Shown in pieces: positions 35,223 to 48,381 of a stretch of DNA of 64,000 nt. A model generated the notes under the pieces. That model worked only from the letters and a program-made list of their open reading frames with translations, was not told where the DNA came from and searched no databases. Position numbers and translations under genes: made by a program. Numbering within the stretch: the stretch's first letter is position 1; each line of letters starts with the position of its first letter. The DNA comes from Leucoraja ocellata. Lineage: Eukaryota. The stretch lies in NCBI GenBank assembly GCA_036785375.1, contig JAWMAR010000079.1:124001-188000 (forward strand). Direction: 5' to 3'.

Positions 35223-36832
35223 CTGAAAAGCGCAAACAGAAAAGAACCCATTAGCCCATTAGCGGACCTCCTATACCTTCCTGCAATTTTAAATATAGTA
35301 ATGTCAGTGTCACTTTAAAAGTACTATAGAAAATGGTGCATAGGTCAACCGAGTGTTTGTGGAAATTAGTAAATGTATGGAGAATATAACCTTGAGTGGT
35401 GCAACATGTTCTGTGGTGTGTGTGTTTAATAGTGTTAGGATTAGTAGAATTTATTTTTCAAAATATTAATTATTGATGTATGTATTGTCATGTTTATTTC
35501 AAGTAAAGTGTAATGGAATCAGAAGAATGCAGTTGTAAAACATAAGCCAGTATATTATTAATGGAATCATTGGAATTTCAAAACATGAGTTTTTTTTAAC
35601 AAAAATGCTTTTATGTAGGGGGAAAATTTATTTTGAACCCCAGAAATCTTTATCTTAAAATTAACGTTCTTAAAGGCAGGTAGAGGTTGCTGCCTATTGT
35701 GATGTGTGCATTAGATTTTAATGTTCCCTTTAAGGAGAAAAAAAAAACAATGGCCTTGCCTGTCCTAATGTGAACTGATTATAAAGTAACTGAAAACCAA
35801 AATGAAAAAGGCTACAGACAGCTGGGAAGTGAGTAACTTAAATAGTTCCATTTCTAATTGGTTGATGATGTCCGTTGTAACAAATTTCATTTATTCTCTG
35901 AATTTTTAATGAAATGGGATATGTTCCTTTTGTGAATGGGGTATCTTCATTTTGCAAATAGAGGAATGGTCTGATGTAGCTGCAAATTAAATCTTTCCAT
36001 CTAGATAGTGGCATTGTTTCAATATTATAGTTTGGTTTATGCTTTATTTGGAATTTGGAGTCAAAGCAATAGTTAATTCACTGCTGATAATTTGTAGAGA
36101 ACTATGAAACATTTTGTTGACTGGAATAGAGAAAGTGGTGACAATTTCTTAATACAGTCAATTTGTGAAGGTACGGAAACGTCTACTTGACCAAGGTAGC
36201 CATTTTGCTCATTCACAGTTACCCAACTTTTCTGTTGCCTAGTACAAACCTTATTTTTGATCATTCAAGTCAGCTGATGTAGTCATTCATAACCTGTGAG
36301 TAAATCAAGCTTTGCCATGCTTCTGTTTCCCTGTCCACGTAATCTATATTTCAGGGTTATTCTGCAGATAATAACTTTTGCGTTACCTTTGCAATATTTT
36401 ATAATTGGGAGGGTTTGCACTGAATTAATTGCTGTGTTTTCCCCCCCATTCTAACAAAAAATCTCAGACCTGAATCATTTACTATTTCTCTTCACATAGA
36501 TGATGCTTGACTGTGTGTGTATTTCCAAGTATTTTCAGCTTTTAACTTGTAAAATTGTCCTTTAGTTTAGCTTAATGTGACCTTTTATGGGATGGTTAGA
36601 AAACACCGTATGTGATGCTGTGGATGGGATTGTACTGGAGAGAGTGCAGAGGAGATTCACCACAATGTTGCCCGATTATAGGATTCTAGCTATGGGGAGA
36701 GATTGGATAGGCTGGGCCCATTTTCCCTGGAGCACAGGAGGCTGTGGGTCAACTCGAAATAAATATATAAAAATAGAAGAAGCGTAGCAGGGTAGGTAGT
36801 GCAAAACTGTTTTTCCTATGGTAGGTGTATCA

Positions 36833-37316
36833 TAGAAACATAGAAATAAGGTGCAGGAGTAGGCCATACGGCCCATTGAGCCAGCACTGCCATTCATTGT
36901 GATCATCCAAAATCGGTACCCCGTACCTGCTTTCTCCCCATATACCTTGATTCCATTAGCCCAAAGCGCTATATCAAACTCTCTTGAAAACATTCAGTGA
37001 ATTGGCCCCCATTGCCTTCTGTGGCAGAGAATTCTGCAGATTGACAACTCTCTGGCTGAAAGTTCTTCCTCATCTCAGTCCTAAATGGCCTACCCTTTAT
37101 TCTTAAACAACGACCCCTGGTTCTGGACATCCCCAACATCAGGAACATTTTTGCTGCATCTGGCATGTCCAATCCCTTAAGAATTGTATTTGTTTCTATA
37201 ACATTCCCTCTCATCCTTCTAAATTCCAGTGAATACAAGCCCAGTCGATCCATTCTTTCATCATATGTTAGTCCTGCCATCCCGGGAATTAACCTGATGA
37301 ACCTACGCTGCACTTC
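36833..37316 (-). mobile_element. CR1 3' end nested in an older opposite-strand CR1 fragment (~36600-37560)
   Basis: ORF 36969-37313 is a CR1 RT C-terminus; (catagaaa)n tail; TSD gtatca at 36827-36832 and 37317-37322; host fragment reads LERVQRRFTTMLP on the + strand. Confidence 0.88.
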
Positions 37317-37955
37317 GTATCAAAAACAAGGGCATAGGTTTCAGTTAAGAGGTAAGAGATTTAAAGAGGACCGTAGTGGAAAGTTTTTTTATTCCACAGA
37401 GTGATTGATATATGGAACGCCCTGCCAGAGGAGGGCGGTGTAATCAGATACATTCACTTTAAGAGGCATTTAGACAGACAGTTAAAAGGCATGGCATGGA
37501 AGGTGTGGCCCTAATGCTGGAGATGTGGTCAGATGACCCCATTTCTGTGCTGTTTGACTCATACTCTGGCTAATGCATATTCCAAGGTATTTACAGCAGG
37601 CAATAATAGTGAGCTGCCACTGTCTGATGCTAATCAAATAGAATGGATGGGCATTGTTACTGAATAACACTCCTTCCCATATTTTGATAAACACACACAA
37701 CTGTTCTTTGTCGAACGGGGAGTGGGAGGGTGATTACTTGAGTTATATAAATAATTACATCACTTCTTTGTGTTCTGCAAAGAAGCAGAGGGACCTTTGT
37801 GTCCCATAAGGTGAAATATCATCAGCTAGGCAGCCCAGAAAAAAGACAATGGTATAATTACTACATTTGTGCTCTGGCTAGAGCAGACATTGATGGGCTT
37901 TGTTGCCTTGCTCCTAAATGTGCTTCTAAACACCTTTGTGACGATGTTCACCTAC

Positions 37956-38019
37956 CTGCAGCAAGCAGTGCATTGGTGGTTGAGCACGTCTCAGCGGCCT
38001 TACGCAGCCAGTTTTCAAT
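37956..38019 (-). CDS. LCTL: LCTL exon 12
   Basis: IENWLRKAAETCSTTNALLAA; ggtag/gtaggt; 64 bp. Confidence 0.93.
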
Positions 38020-38497
38020 CTACCCAAAGAAAAGTGGAAAGTTTGTTTAATCACCATCATTTGGATAAAAACCAACATTCTGCTGCCGTGGGGAGGAAAA
38101 ACAATGTTATGGTAAACAAAACATGGGAGGTGGCCAGTGCGGGAGGTCGGGAGGGAGAGTGGGGGTGTGGGATAGGGGGGGGGGGGAGGTGAGGAGTGGG
38201 GTACGGAGGGGAGAGAAGTTATGGAGGGAGGGAGTGAAGGTAGGGGAAAGGAGAGGGAGGGAGAGGTGAGGGATGAGGGGGAATGGAGGAGGATAGGTGT
38301 AGAAAGAGGGATGGGAGGTGAAGTTGGGGGAGGGTTGCCATGACTCGCGTCACAACGGGGATCCCTGGCGTCACAATGGGAACGGGTGAGTGGTGGAATA
38401 TTGCGTTGGTGGAACGGGGCTCGACCGGTCTCACTTGGCCGAGTAATCACGGAAAGTGAGTATTATTGTTGTTAATTAAATAAACTGTGGTACTCAC

Positions 38498-38697
38498 TTC
38501 TCTCTGGTTGGGAAATCCATTGGAGCTGATCATCTTCCTGTAATATTGAACTGAAGCCTTGGGATACCTTCTCTTGTGTTTGGTTTTAAAATCAATGTAG
38601 TAAAGGCCAAATCTTTCTGAATACCCTTCATCCCATTCAAAATTATCCAGCAGTGACCAGGATGTGTAACCCTTCACTTGAGCACCATCTTTCACAG
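38498..38697 (-). CDS. LCTL: LCTL exon 11
   Basis: (A)VKDGAQVKGYTSWSLLDNFEWDEGYSERFGLYYIDF...GFPNQRE; glycoside hydrolase family 1 C-terminal motif; 200 bp. Confidence 0.97.
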
Positions 38698-39918
38698 CTG
38701 CAATGTTTCAAAACCACATGTGATTATAAACACAACGATTTGATATAGCATCAGGAAATGCTGGAAACTCATCATGATCTCATGAGCATTTGCATGAAGA
38801 AAAATTCAGATAATACATACATAGCAATGTTTCAGTCAGAAAAAAAGGTTTAGGTCCCAACCACTGTGAATTTTGTTTGCTTTGGTTGGATGATACTAAA
38901 ATAACTACAAATCATGTTTTTCCCAAAAAGGCTATCAGGATTGATTGTTCTCAATTGCAGCATCTAAAAATATAAGCAGATGTTTATTTATTGATAAGAG
39001 ATAAAGTAGCCATTTCTCCTATCTTTGTATCATCTCTCTCTGCCTATCGTAATCAAATCAGTTCTCTCCCCTGCTTTCTCTCCCTGACTGTCTTCTCCAT
39101 CTTCACTTTTATGTTCCTTTTTCTCTCGCTGCCTTCCGTCATGCTCACCCTCGTTCTCTTTCTCTGTCTCATCGTTTTTTACTCTAGCTGCTGCATGGTG
39201 GATTTTGTTTGATTTTGTTGAACGATGTAGAGCAAACATTGCTACCACCTGCCTCTCCACTGTCATGGCAAATTGGCCGTAAGAATAGAGCTTTAGTGGT
39301 CTGGGTCTGTATTGTCACGCAAGAATGAGAGGTGATCTCATTGAAGTTTTGATAAAATACCTGTCAGCCTTGACAGCTGTATGCAGGTTAGTTCCACTTG
39401 CTGAGGAGTTTTAATAGATTCTGGATACAAAGGGAGTTGAGGGATAAGGAGATAGTGCAGGAAAACTATGCGGAGGGAGATCAGCTAAGATTATGAAAGG
39501 TTGAATGGACTACCACTCCTAATTCTTATGTTCCTCAACTTATTTAGAATCTGTATAATTTAAACAATTTTTTGCAACTAAATTTTCATAACAACATCCA
39601 AATATGCAAGATATATGGAGGCACTAGTACCAAAATGTGAGATGATTTCTGTAATTAACACACTTTGAGGCTGCAGGAATATGCAATCGCCATGCGAACA
39701 GTACCCGAGATCAGGATTGGACCCAGGCTACTGAAGGTGTGATGTACTAATTGCTGCAACAACGTCCCTACTAACCTTCAGCAGACTAGAAAATTTCATT
39801 TAAAAACAAATTCACGTCTTCTAATTTTTGTTCACTCCCATGGGGGAATAACAATCGCAATTAATTCATATTAATGTATTATCATGGAAAATGCCTTATT
39901 TAGATAATGAAGACCTAC

Positions 39919-40045
39919 CTTTAAGAATCTCATTAACATAATTATTCATGTACTGTATTCGCCACTTATCACACAACTCAGTACACTGCCATTTCTCCGA
40001 CACTCCATTTTCTGTCACATAGATCCTAGGGTTACCATATCGACT
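39919..40045 (-). CDS. LCTL: LCTL exon 10
   Basis: SRYGNPRIYVTENGVSEKWQCTELCDKWRIQYMNNYVNEILK; GH1 nucleophile motif VTENG; 127 bp. Confidence 0.96.
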
Positions 40046-42878
40046 CTGAAACAAATCAGAAAACAAAAGTGTTGCAAATCAAATATTTCATTCCCAAATT
40101 TCAAATTTATTGTTAGTCGAACTCATCCAGACTGACTTTTTATTTTATTTTAAAGTCAGGAAAGCCGAACATGTCTTGCATTGTTGACCAATTGTAAATA
40201 AGCCAATTCTGCTGGAGTGAACTATTACATTGTGTATTGTTTTAAATGCGTGTGGTGATTTTTTTTTTGTACAAAGAGCTAGAGATTTCTGAACAAATGA
40301 AGTTGCTGTGTGCAAATTCCCACAACTATGTATGGTATTTATGACTGGAAAGCAATTTGTTTGTTCAGCACCTTTGGATCGTAATTAGTGAGGAATCACA
40401 AAAAGTCGTTTTTCCAAATAATATACAATTTATGAGACCAACCTTTTTTTTTTTTTTTCCAGATGCACTTATCGCAGGAGCTTACACATGCCCTTCACCT
40501 CAAATCTGTGATAACACAATTAAATGTCTGAAATGTCTCCCTGGAATTTTCTGTTATTTTTGCTGTTTATGTATTTCATGTTGTTCTGCTTCTTTTATTA
40601 AAAACATATTTTCTAAACTTCTATGTGATTTAAAAATGATGCTGGGTATGGTGTTCATTTTCCAAAGCTTCAGTTAGAAGCCTGCTTCTGAGTCTGTGTT
40701 ATAGTCCCGGTACAAGTGTGGATAGATTGTCCACGGTTGTCACAGTGGCAGATGGATGAAGCTTCTTCAGCACCACGTCCCAATCTTGTGATCTTGACAA
40801 CCCAAAAGATCTTGGAACAAAAGTGGCAATGCTGGAAGAATTCAGCCAGTTAATAAGCATCTGTGAAGTGAGAAACCAGTTAATGTTTTGGTTATGAAGG
40901 GTCTTCAACCTGAAGTATTAACTGGTTACTCTTTCCATAGATGCAGCTTGATTGGTTGAGCTCAACACCATTTCTGTTTTAAAATCGAACACTTCCGTCT
41001 GGTGGATGGAATCTAACTTTCCCTCCATCTTGGACCTGTTGCTATTCTTTTATTATCTTTGAGAATGTTAAAATGAAGGAACTGCCGCCTACCTAAAGTA
41101 CTGAGGGACTACCTCCACCACTAGGACTAGAGTGGCACAGAGATAGCTGACCACCATCTTCCTGGGCAACGGGATGAGGTAAATTCTGGGTGAGGTGGTG
41201 AAACTTATTTTTTAAGAAGATTTTCAAAACTAATGGTGCATTTGTTCTCGTACTTCCATAATGCAGCATGAACCCAACTGTTATAATAAGGGAATAAAAT
41301 AGTTCAGGAATTGTGCTTTTTTGTTTGCCATTCATATATACAGCTCACTAATTCCTTATCCACCTCTTCCTATTCCACCTCTTTTCTCTAACCTTGCAAA
41401 TTATTCCTTACCATAAATATGCAGTACCGAAGACGATATGGACCTGCCTTGACCACATCTACAGATAATGCATTACAGATTCCAACCACGCTATGTACAA
41501 AAAAAAAATCATCTTGTGCCTTCTGTCTTATTTTATGTCCATAACCTCTATTTCCCGGGGCCCTTCAACAGTGATACATCCTCCCACTATCAACTCTGTC
41601 CTGACCCTTCATCATTTTATATACTTTAATCTTTTCAGCTGGAAAGGGACAGTTGCAATTTCTCCAATCTTTCCTTGAATTCATAGAGCCTCACTCCTTG
41701 AAATATTCTCATCGATCTTTTCATGGTTCTTTTTAATGTCTTCACACCTTTCCTCCCAGGATAGGAATCTGAGATGGAGCTTGTTATATTCTTTCATTGT
41801 TAGATTTGTTTTATCTTTGTGCCTGGTGGAGGGAAGTATTTACTGGTGTTGCACTTTGCAGGAAGTTTCCATCCTATCTGAGCTCCTAACATTTAATGAG
41901 CCTTTCTCTGAAGGTGGTCTAATGCACCATGGATCGACAACGCAAACTGGAGGTTGCGAAGCGTAGTTAGCAAACTGGTGCCAAGGAACAGATCAGAGTT
42001 AATAACGTCTTTGGTGAGTGCTCACACTGGCTTAGCAGGGCAGCAGTATTAATTCAGAGTAAAGTTATACAGTGCTGAACAAATAATGGCCTACTGAATG
42101 TAGGTGTAAGGATATGAGTGTTTATAAAGAAAGGACACATTTATGTAGCATATTTAATAACTCAAATACAGCTAATTAAATGTTTTCTGCCATGATGCAG
42201 AAAACAGTCCATTTGTGTGTTCTATGATCCCACTACCAGCAATCTGAGGAGGAGTTAAATTGGCTGAGAGATAAATATAGACCTGAAAACTGAGAGAACA
42301 CTATTTTTGAAGTATTGCAATGGGGTTTCTTGTTTCTTCCTGGAGATGGGCTCTTGTGTCTCAACCAAATACCAGATCTGTTCTGATGTCACACCGCCTC
42401 AGAACCACACTGGTCGATTATGTTTTCAGGTTTTTGATGTTACACTTGGCCCACATAGAACACTACCTAGTGGGTGAAGGTTGAATACTTGTGGCTTGAG
42501 GTTAACACTGCAAAACATTTTCGGACTTGTCTTTGGATCAGTCGACTGATTGCACATTCAACTCCCACTATAGCGTTTGAAGACCATTCAAGTAGAGTAG
42601 TGAGATGAGACATTAAACCAAGATGCCATCTGATTCTCTTGGGCAGAAGGTGTTCTCTCTGAGTCCTGGCCAAATGTTAACCCCCAGTAAACGAGTAGAT
42701 GGTGTAGTTATCATCAGATTGCTTTCTGTGCACAAACTGATGGCGGGTTTGAGAAAGGAGGACTTTGGCCTATAGTATGTTTACAAGTCATGGGATCATT
42801 AAATAAATAAACGTAAATCATTTGTCATTACTTCAAAATGAGAAATTGAATTACGCGTCACCGATTTGTAGTAAATAC

Positions 42879-43153
42879 CTTAATAAAATTCAGGATCCTT
42901 CTGAAACCCCAGGGTACTGAGTAAAGCCATTCAGATCCTGGGTCTGGCCACTGTGGGTCGACGAGTTCCACTAAATCACGATCAGTGTGATAATTTGGTC
43001 CCTTGCTGTAATGGTAATTCTTGTGAGTGATGTAACGGGTCGTGAAGTGACCCAGTCCAAAAAAGTCTGCCGTGCCTTTGATGAAGTGTTTCTCCTGTGG
43101 AGTGAAGGCAGGCAGTCTTGAGTTGCCCAGGCCTTGCTGTGAACTTTTTCTCC
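42879..43153 (-). CDS. LCTL: LCTL exon 9
   Basis: (G)RKSSQQGLGNSRLPAF...FGLGHFTTRYI...WLYSVPWGFRRILNFIK; 275 bp. Confidence 0.97.
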
Positions 43154-44068
43154 CTGTTGATTGAGTAAACACCATGGTTATTTAGAATTAGTTCAAAGAT
43201 TAGATATTCTGAACACTACCATTGGCTCCAATGCTAAATTTGCCCAAGTCTTGAACTGGCCCCATTTTGTCCTGGATTTTATCTGTCATGTCATTGAATT
43301 GCGTTGTCTTCATAAAAAATAGTTTTACTTTGCTCGGATTCAATAAAGATCTTTCACATTTTATTAAATGGAAAGAGTAGGAATGAATGCAATATAGGTT
43401 GTTGGAAATAATTCTGACCAGCAGAGTAGATAGTGGACAAGAAGAAAAACTGTTCTGTTGGCACCCTGTTGAATATATAACATGAAAATAATTTATACAT
43501 GCATTTCTGATGCCATATAGGACAATGTATCTTTCCCAGGCAATGCGTCTGTGAATCCCTTCTATTTACCACTTTTGGATTTTTTCGCTTCCTGTTTAAA
43601 ATTCTTTAACTGATGCTGTCCCAGGTGCTCTGACATCATGAGTTGCCATCCACTGTTCATACATGTCGTTATGATATAATGAATCTCTGCCTTTGCCTGC
43701 CTAATATAAATCCAGGCTTAAATTGGATGGCATTTACATCCATACTGCGGTACTTCTGGGGTCACATTTTCCCACCTGGCCTACTGAAAGCAGCAGTGAA
43801 GAAGGGAAATTAAAGAACTGCAAAATTGGTGCCATTTTAAATTATATTAAGAAAACAAAATACATTCTGTAACATTTGCCTGGTTGCATTTTAGACCGCT
43901 AAATAATCCATTGGAAAATCAGGATTATATGTGTCTAAACAGATTCATTTGCTCTCTGTTTTTAGTTTTTGTTGTGTCAGGTTAAGTTGCTATATAGGCT
44001 TTGTGTGTGTATGCATCTGTGTGTGGAGTGTGCACTCACTTTATTCCATCCTATTATTTTATACTTAC

Positions 44069-44230
44069 CAATACAGTCTTTCATAACTTGAGGGTAGTCG
44101 CCATTGAAAATAGGGTTGGCAAACCAGCCAAGATTAAATTGGATGTATCGCTCAGCAGCCTCAATATCCTTCTGGCTTGTAATGTCAACTGGATCTCCCC
44201 ACTCACTTGTGATGGAAATACCCACCATGC
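44069..44230 (-). CDS. LCTL: LCTL exon 8
   Basis: (G)MVGISITSEWGDPVDI...LGWFANPIFNGDYPQVMKDCI; 162 bp. Confidence 0.96.
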
Positions 44231-45348
44231 CTTTAATATTAAAATAATGTTTAATAGATACCACATGAATAGTCTTTTAAATTAGAATATATATGTTTCA
44301 GTTGTGATTTTTGTAAATCAAAATGGTTCCTGAGTTGAAGATCATCCACTATATTTGTTCTCTTTCTCCACTGGTCAAGATCTCTTGGCTTTGATATTTG
44401 CTATGTTTTGGACTAAACCATGTACTATGTAGTCTCCTGGTCTGTCAACTTCTTGATTCACAGTATGCTCTTCAAGAATATGACACAGGTCACCGTTGAG
44501 GAAAAGATAGTAGATGTCTGAATTGATTTTGGTAAGCCATTTGATAAAGTCCCCCGTGTTAGGCCTCCAGATGTTTTAGGCTCAGTGATCCTGGCATTCA
44601 TTCAGCTTTGTTGCCATCCTTCAACCACAAGAGCCCTATGTTCTTAAAGACCTTCCCTGACTCTCTTTGTCTTTTATCTCATCTTTTGGACACTGCTTAA
44701 AACTGACTGAATTTAGCTATTTTGAACATGAAACATTATAATGTGGTAATGTGCATTAAAAGACATAGCTTAGTTCTATTCACAACATTTCTCCATAATC
44801 TAGCAAATAGTTTAATTATCTGTAATTTCTCCATGTGTATGGTATTATTCTGCTTTTGCAACATTTCCAGGCAGTGTATAAATAACATGCATAAAATATC
44901 ATACTATTATTTCTTAAGTACTTTTGCCAATTACCTTAAATCTGTGCTCTCTGGTTTCTGTTTCTCGTCCATGGGACGGTTGTTTTTTTTATTTACTCTA
45001 TCAAACCCTTTCATCAATATGAACCTCTTTAAAACCTCTCAACCACCAATTTAAAGGAGGTTAATCCCAATTTTGCATAACTCCACAGAACTGCTCAGTC
45101 ATTAATACTCACTGAAATATAACAAAATGTGCTGAATTTAGGCCTTTCTAATGACTAATGAGATTATTTGAATGGAGCTTGTCTCATAAATTCTACTTGA
45201 AACAGATGATACATCATCCTATCACATCTATATAGCAGAAAGTAGTCAAATCATGCAGTATACTTTACGCTAGACGTTCCAGTTCACTCCTGTGCTACTT
45301 ATTTGTTATATGTTTGAGACTGGTTCCTTATTTTTGAGAGCTCGATAC

Positions 45349-45403
45349 CTTTTTGGCGACTGCGCCAGAGTCTATCGTACGTGTGCCAAGTTGTCGCGTG
45401 GGC
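45349..45403 (-). CDS. LCTL: LCTL exon 7
   Basis: AHATTWHTYDRLWRSRQK; cacag/gtatcg; 55 bp. Confidence 0.93.
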
Positions 45404-45949
45404 CTGTGAAAGAGAAGTCAACACCAAGAGTGTTACTGAAATCATGGCTTCTACACATTTTCCTCCCCCACCTTATTTAAAATTTTCAGCTGTCTCGCCC
45501 ACCAAAAGGACCAGAAAAAGAACCTTCCACCAAAACCGGACATCAGAATGTGGTGAGTAAGGCTTCTCCCATTGGTGACCCTCGACCTTGGTCATGGATT
45601 GAAGCCACATTGTGGGAACCCGCTTGACTGATGCCTTGGTGCAATACTGAGGCAGTGCTCCACTGCCAGACGTCCTGTCCTGTACGGTATATGGCAGATA
45701 CTATGAGGCTGAGCATGCATGTGCTGCTCATGTCCTGGTATCAACCACTGACAAAACTGATTAATTCCTCATGTCTAATGCATTTTGTTTTATGCAAATT
45801 GATTGGAGAATGCTACATGAGGACCTCGTCAGATCAGGAAAGATGCTGTCTGCAAGCAAGTAGAGCAAAACTGATGATCCACTATCTGTTTTCTCAGAAA
45901 TCCTCATAGATTGGAATCCAGCTCACTTGGTTCTGTTGACTGTGCTCCT

Positions 45950-46128
45950 ATTTAACTCACTGGCCCCAATCCTACATTCCCACTGAACTCACCAGGGCCC
46001 CATTGTCCCATTCCCTTTAATCTCATGAAGACGCTGTTCCCATACTGCCTTTAATCTCATGAGGACCCCATTCTTATACTTCTTTTAAACTCACCAGAGC
46101 TGCATTCCCACATCCCTCTAAACACCTG
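45950..46128. repeat. Degenerate ~33-bp minisatellite (about 5 units)
   Basis: Recurring unit of the form tttaa(a/t)ctca....g.cccattcccatac.cc. Confidence 0.55.
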
Positions 46129-46295
46129 ATTCACTGGAAAGTTTATTATAAAGTGAATTAAAAGTTAGTTGGTATTTCAAAAGGAATAATAACATCTGCC
46201 AGTCTGGCACCACCAAAGTACCAAGTGTGCTAGATTATCAGAATTTAGTGTTCTTTTATTTCATTGTTAAACAATTTTTTGATATAGAAACTTAC

Positions 46296-46391
46296 CCTAA
46301 TAATGTTATGTGCTGCCCTGTAACCTCCTATTCCATTAAGCTTTAACCCTGGGGCATGCAGTCCAACCTCGTATCCTTCGACAGCTATGGA
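46296..46391 (-). CDS. LCTL: LCTL exon 6
   Basis: SIAVEGYEVGLHAPGLKLNGIGGYRAAHNIIR; tgcag/gtaagt; 96 bp. Confidence 0.96.
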
Positions 46392-46679
46392 CTGCAATAT
46401 ATAATACATAAGCATCAATGATGGTAGTCTAAACATATCCCACTTATTCCACTGTGATCTAAAGCTCCTGAATTGTACTTAAATTTCCCACGATGGAGCT
46501 GCAACCATGTAGGCCAGCACCAGGTCTTTTCCCAAACAGGATCTATCCATCTTCCTTGCTTGCAGTCATTCGAAATGAGTGGCAAAGAAATAAGCATTTG
46601 TACCAGTTATTAGCCTGGCGAGGGATATTTGTCAGGTTTAAAAGAAAAGTGTTGACAGCAGGATATCTGCAAAAAAATG

Positions 46680-47107
46680 ATTGTGTCTGAGCTATAGGGA
46701 GAGGTTGAGTAGGCTGGGATTCTATTCGTTGGGGAGCAGGAAGTTGAGGAGTGATCTGATAGAGGTATATAATCATGAGAGGAATAGATTGGGTAGATGC
46801 ACAGTCTCTTACCCAGAATAGGCGAATCAAGGACCGGAAGACATAGGTTTAAGGTGAAGGGGAAGAGATTTAATCGGAAGCTGAGGGGCAACTTTCACAT
46901 AAAGGGTGGTGGGTATATGGAACAAGCTGCCAGAGGAGGGAGTTGAGGCAGGGACTATCCCAACGTTTAAGAAGCAGTTAGGTACATGGATGGGACAGAT
47001 TTGGAGCGATATGGACCAAACATGGGCAGGTGGGACTAGTGTAGCTGGGACAGGTTGGGCAAGTTGGGCCGAAGGGCTTGTTTCCACGTTGTATCACTCT
47101 ATGACTC
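46680..47107 (+). mobile_element. CR1 3' end, second subfamily
   Basis: RT C-terminus (..VGIWNKLPEEGVEAGTIPTFKKQL) plus 3' UTR and ctctatgactct tail. Confidence 0.85.
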
Positions 47108-48252
47108 TGTTTGGTTATAGAATTCTCATGTGAGATTGAGAGGGAGATCAATAATGGTGGAGCTTGATTGGTGGGACGAATGGGTTAAACAAGAAATTGC
47201 CCAGGATAATCCTTCATATATTTGCCATCCAACACATGGGATCAATTGGTAATTAACCAATTACAGGCCACTGCCTGCGACAAGGACATTGCAATACAGA
47301 TCATAAACAGTTTGTTGAATTGATGAGAATTTTGCTTAATTCATTCTCAAAAAAATAATATTTGAGAGCTAATTAATTTTAGATCCTATGATTCAATTTT
47401 TATATTTTTAATTTTAATCTTACTTATGCTTTTAATTAATAAATGAAACAGAATGGAAACACGGTGGAGAATAGTGTAAGACGGGCTTCAGCTGAATAAT
47501 ATAGAAAAGTAAAGTTGGAAAAAAATGGTCTCAAGTCATCATAATTAATATTTATTTTGAAACCATTTTCAATAATTTTAGTTGTTACTTTCAAATAGAA
47601 TTCTGAACACATGGCAGCGCTCAGCATTTTGAATATGAAAGGTAGTTGCCATGTTTCCAAAATAAAGTATGTCACTGCACCTCAGCTGGGTGAAAAGGTA
47701 CGATGTAAAAGCAAGTCTTCTCACTGTTCCTTCTGCGAACAGTGTGGCCATTTTTGCAATGGGCTATCATGCTACCAAAGCATAGAGAACCAAATCGTTA
47801 ACATTAGATTGAAACTGGATACAATAAGAATGGAGAAAAATGTTTAATCATACAAGTGTGAGCTTTTTTTAAATGGGGAGAGTTCAGAGCCAATGTGCTT
47901 ATAAACAAACTGAGAGCATATATACAATTGTGCAATGTGGAAGAATTACATTGTTACAAATAAAATAACTCTAATCGTGTACATAGAACAGTACAGTTTG
48001 GCCCACAGTGTCAATGTTGTACATGATGATAAATTATACTAATCTGTTCTGCCTGTATATGTGATCCATATCCTTCCATTTGTGTATAGCCACATACTTA
48101 TAGAAACGGCTTTACTTGCACAGCTTTTTAAGGAATGCTGGAGTCGAAATGTATCAGTGCTGAATAATTGGTGACTGATACCTCTCATCTCCAGCGTTGC
48201 GTTCCACAAGTTAATGTTCAATTAATCAAACTTATTATGACATAAAACGTAC

Positions 48253-48381
48253 CCAAGGATTGTTGAAAGTAATCCAATGTTTCACTCGGTCACCAAACTT
48301 CTCAAAACACAGATTGGCATAATCATTGAAGAAGTTAATCATACTACTGTTCTGCCAGCCACCATATTTATTTTGGAGGAC
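48253..48381 (-). CDS. LCTL: LCTL exon 5
   Basis: [43 protein letters not shown]; tttag/gtacgt; 129 bp. Confidence 0.96.

Noticed and set aside
35198-35280. Upstream acceptor at 35281 giving GRYRRSANGLMGSFLFALFSWKNRRNK*
   Set aside because: Poor pyrimidine tract; the sequence is better explained as the branch point and pyrimidine tract of the 35222 acceptor
37755-37774. Good-looking acceptor in LCTL intron 12 giving a short tail EHKEVM*
   Set aside because: Only 20 nt, with no donor or recognisable motif; cannot be told from a chance acceptor without transcript data
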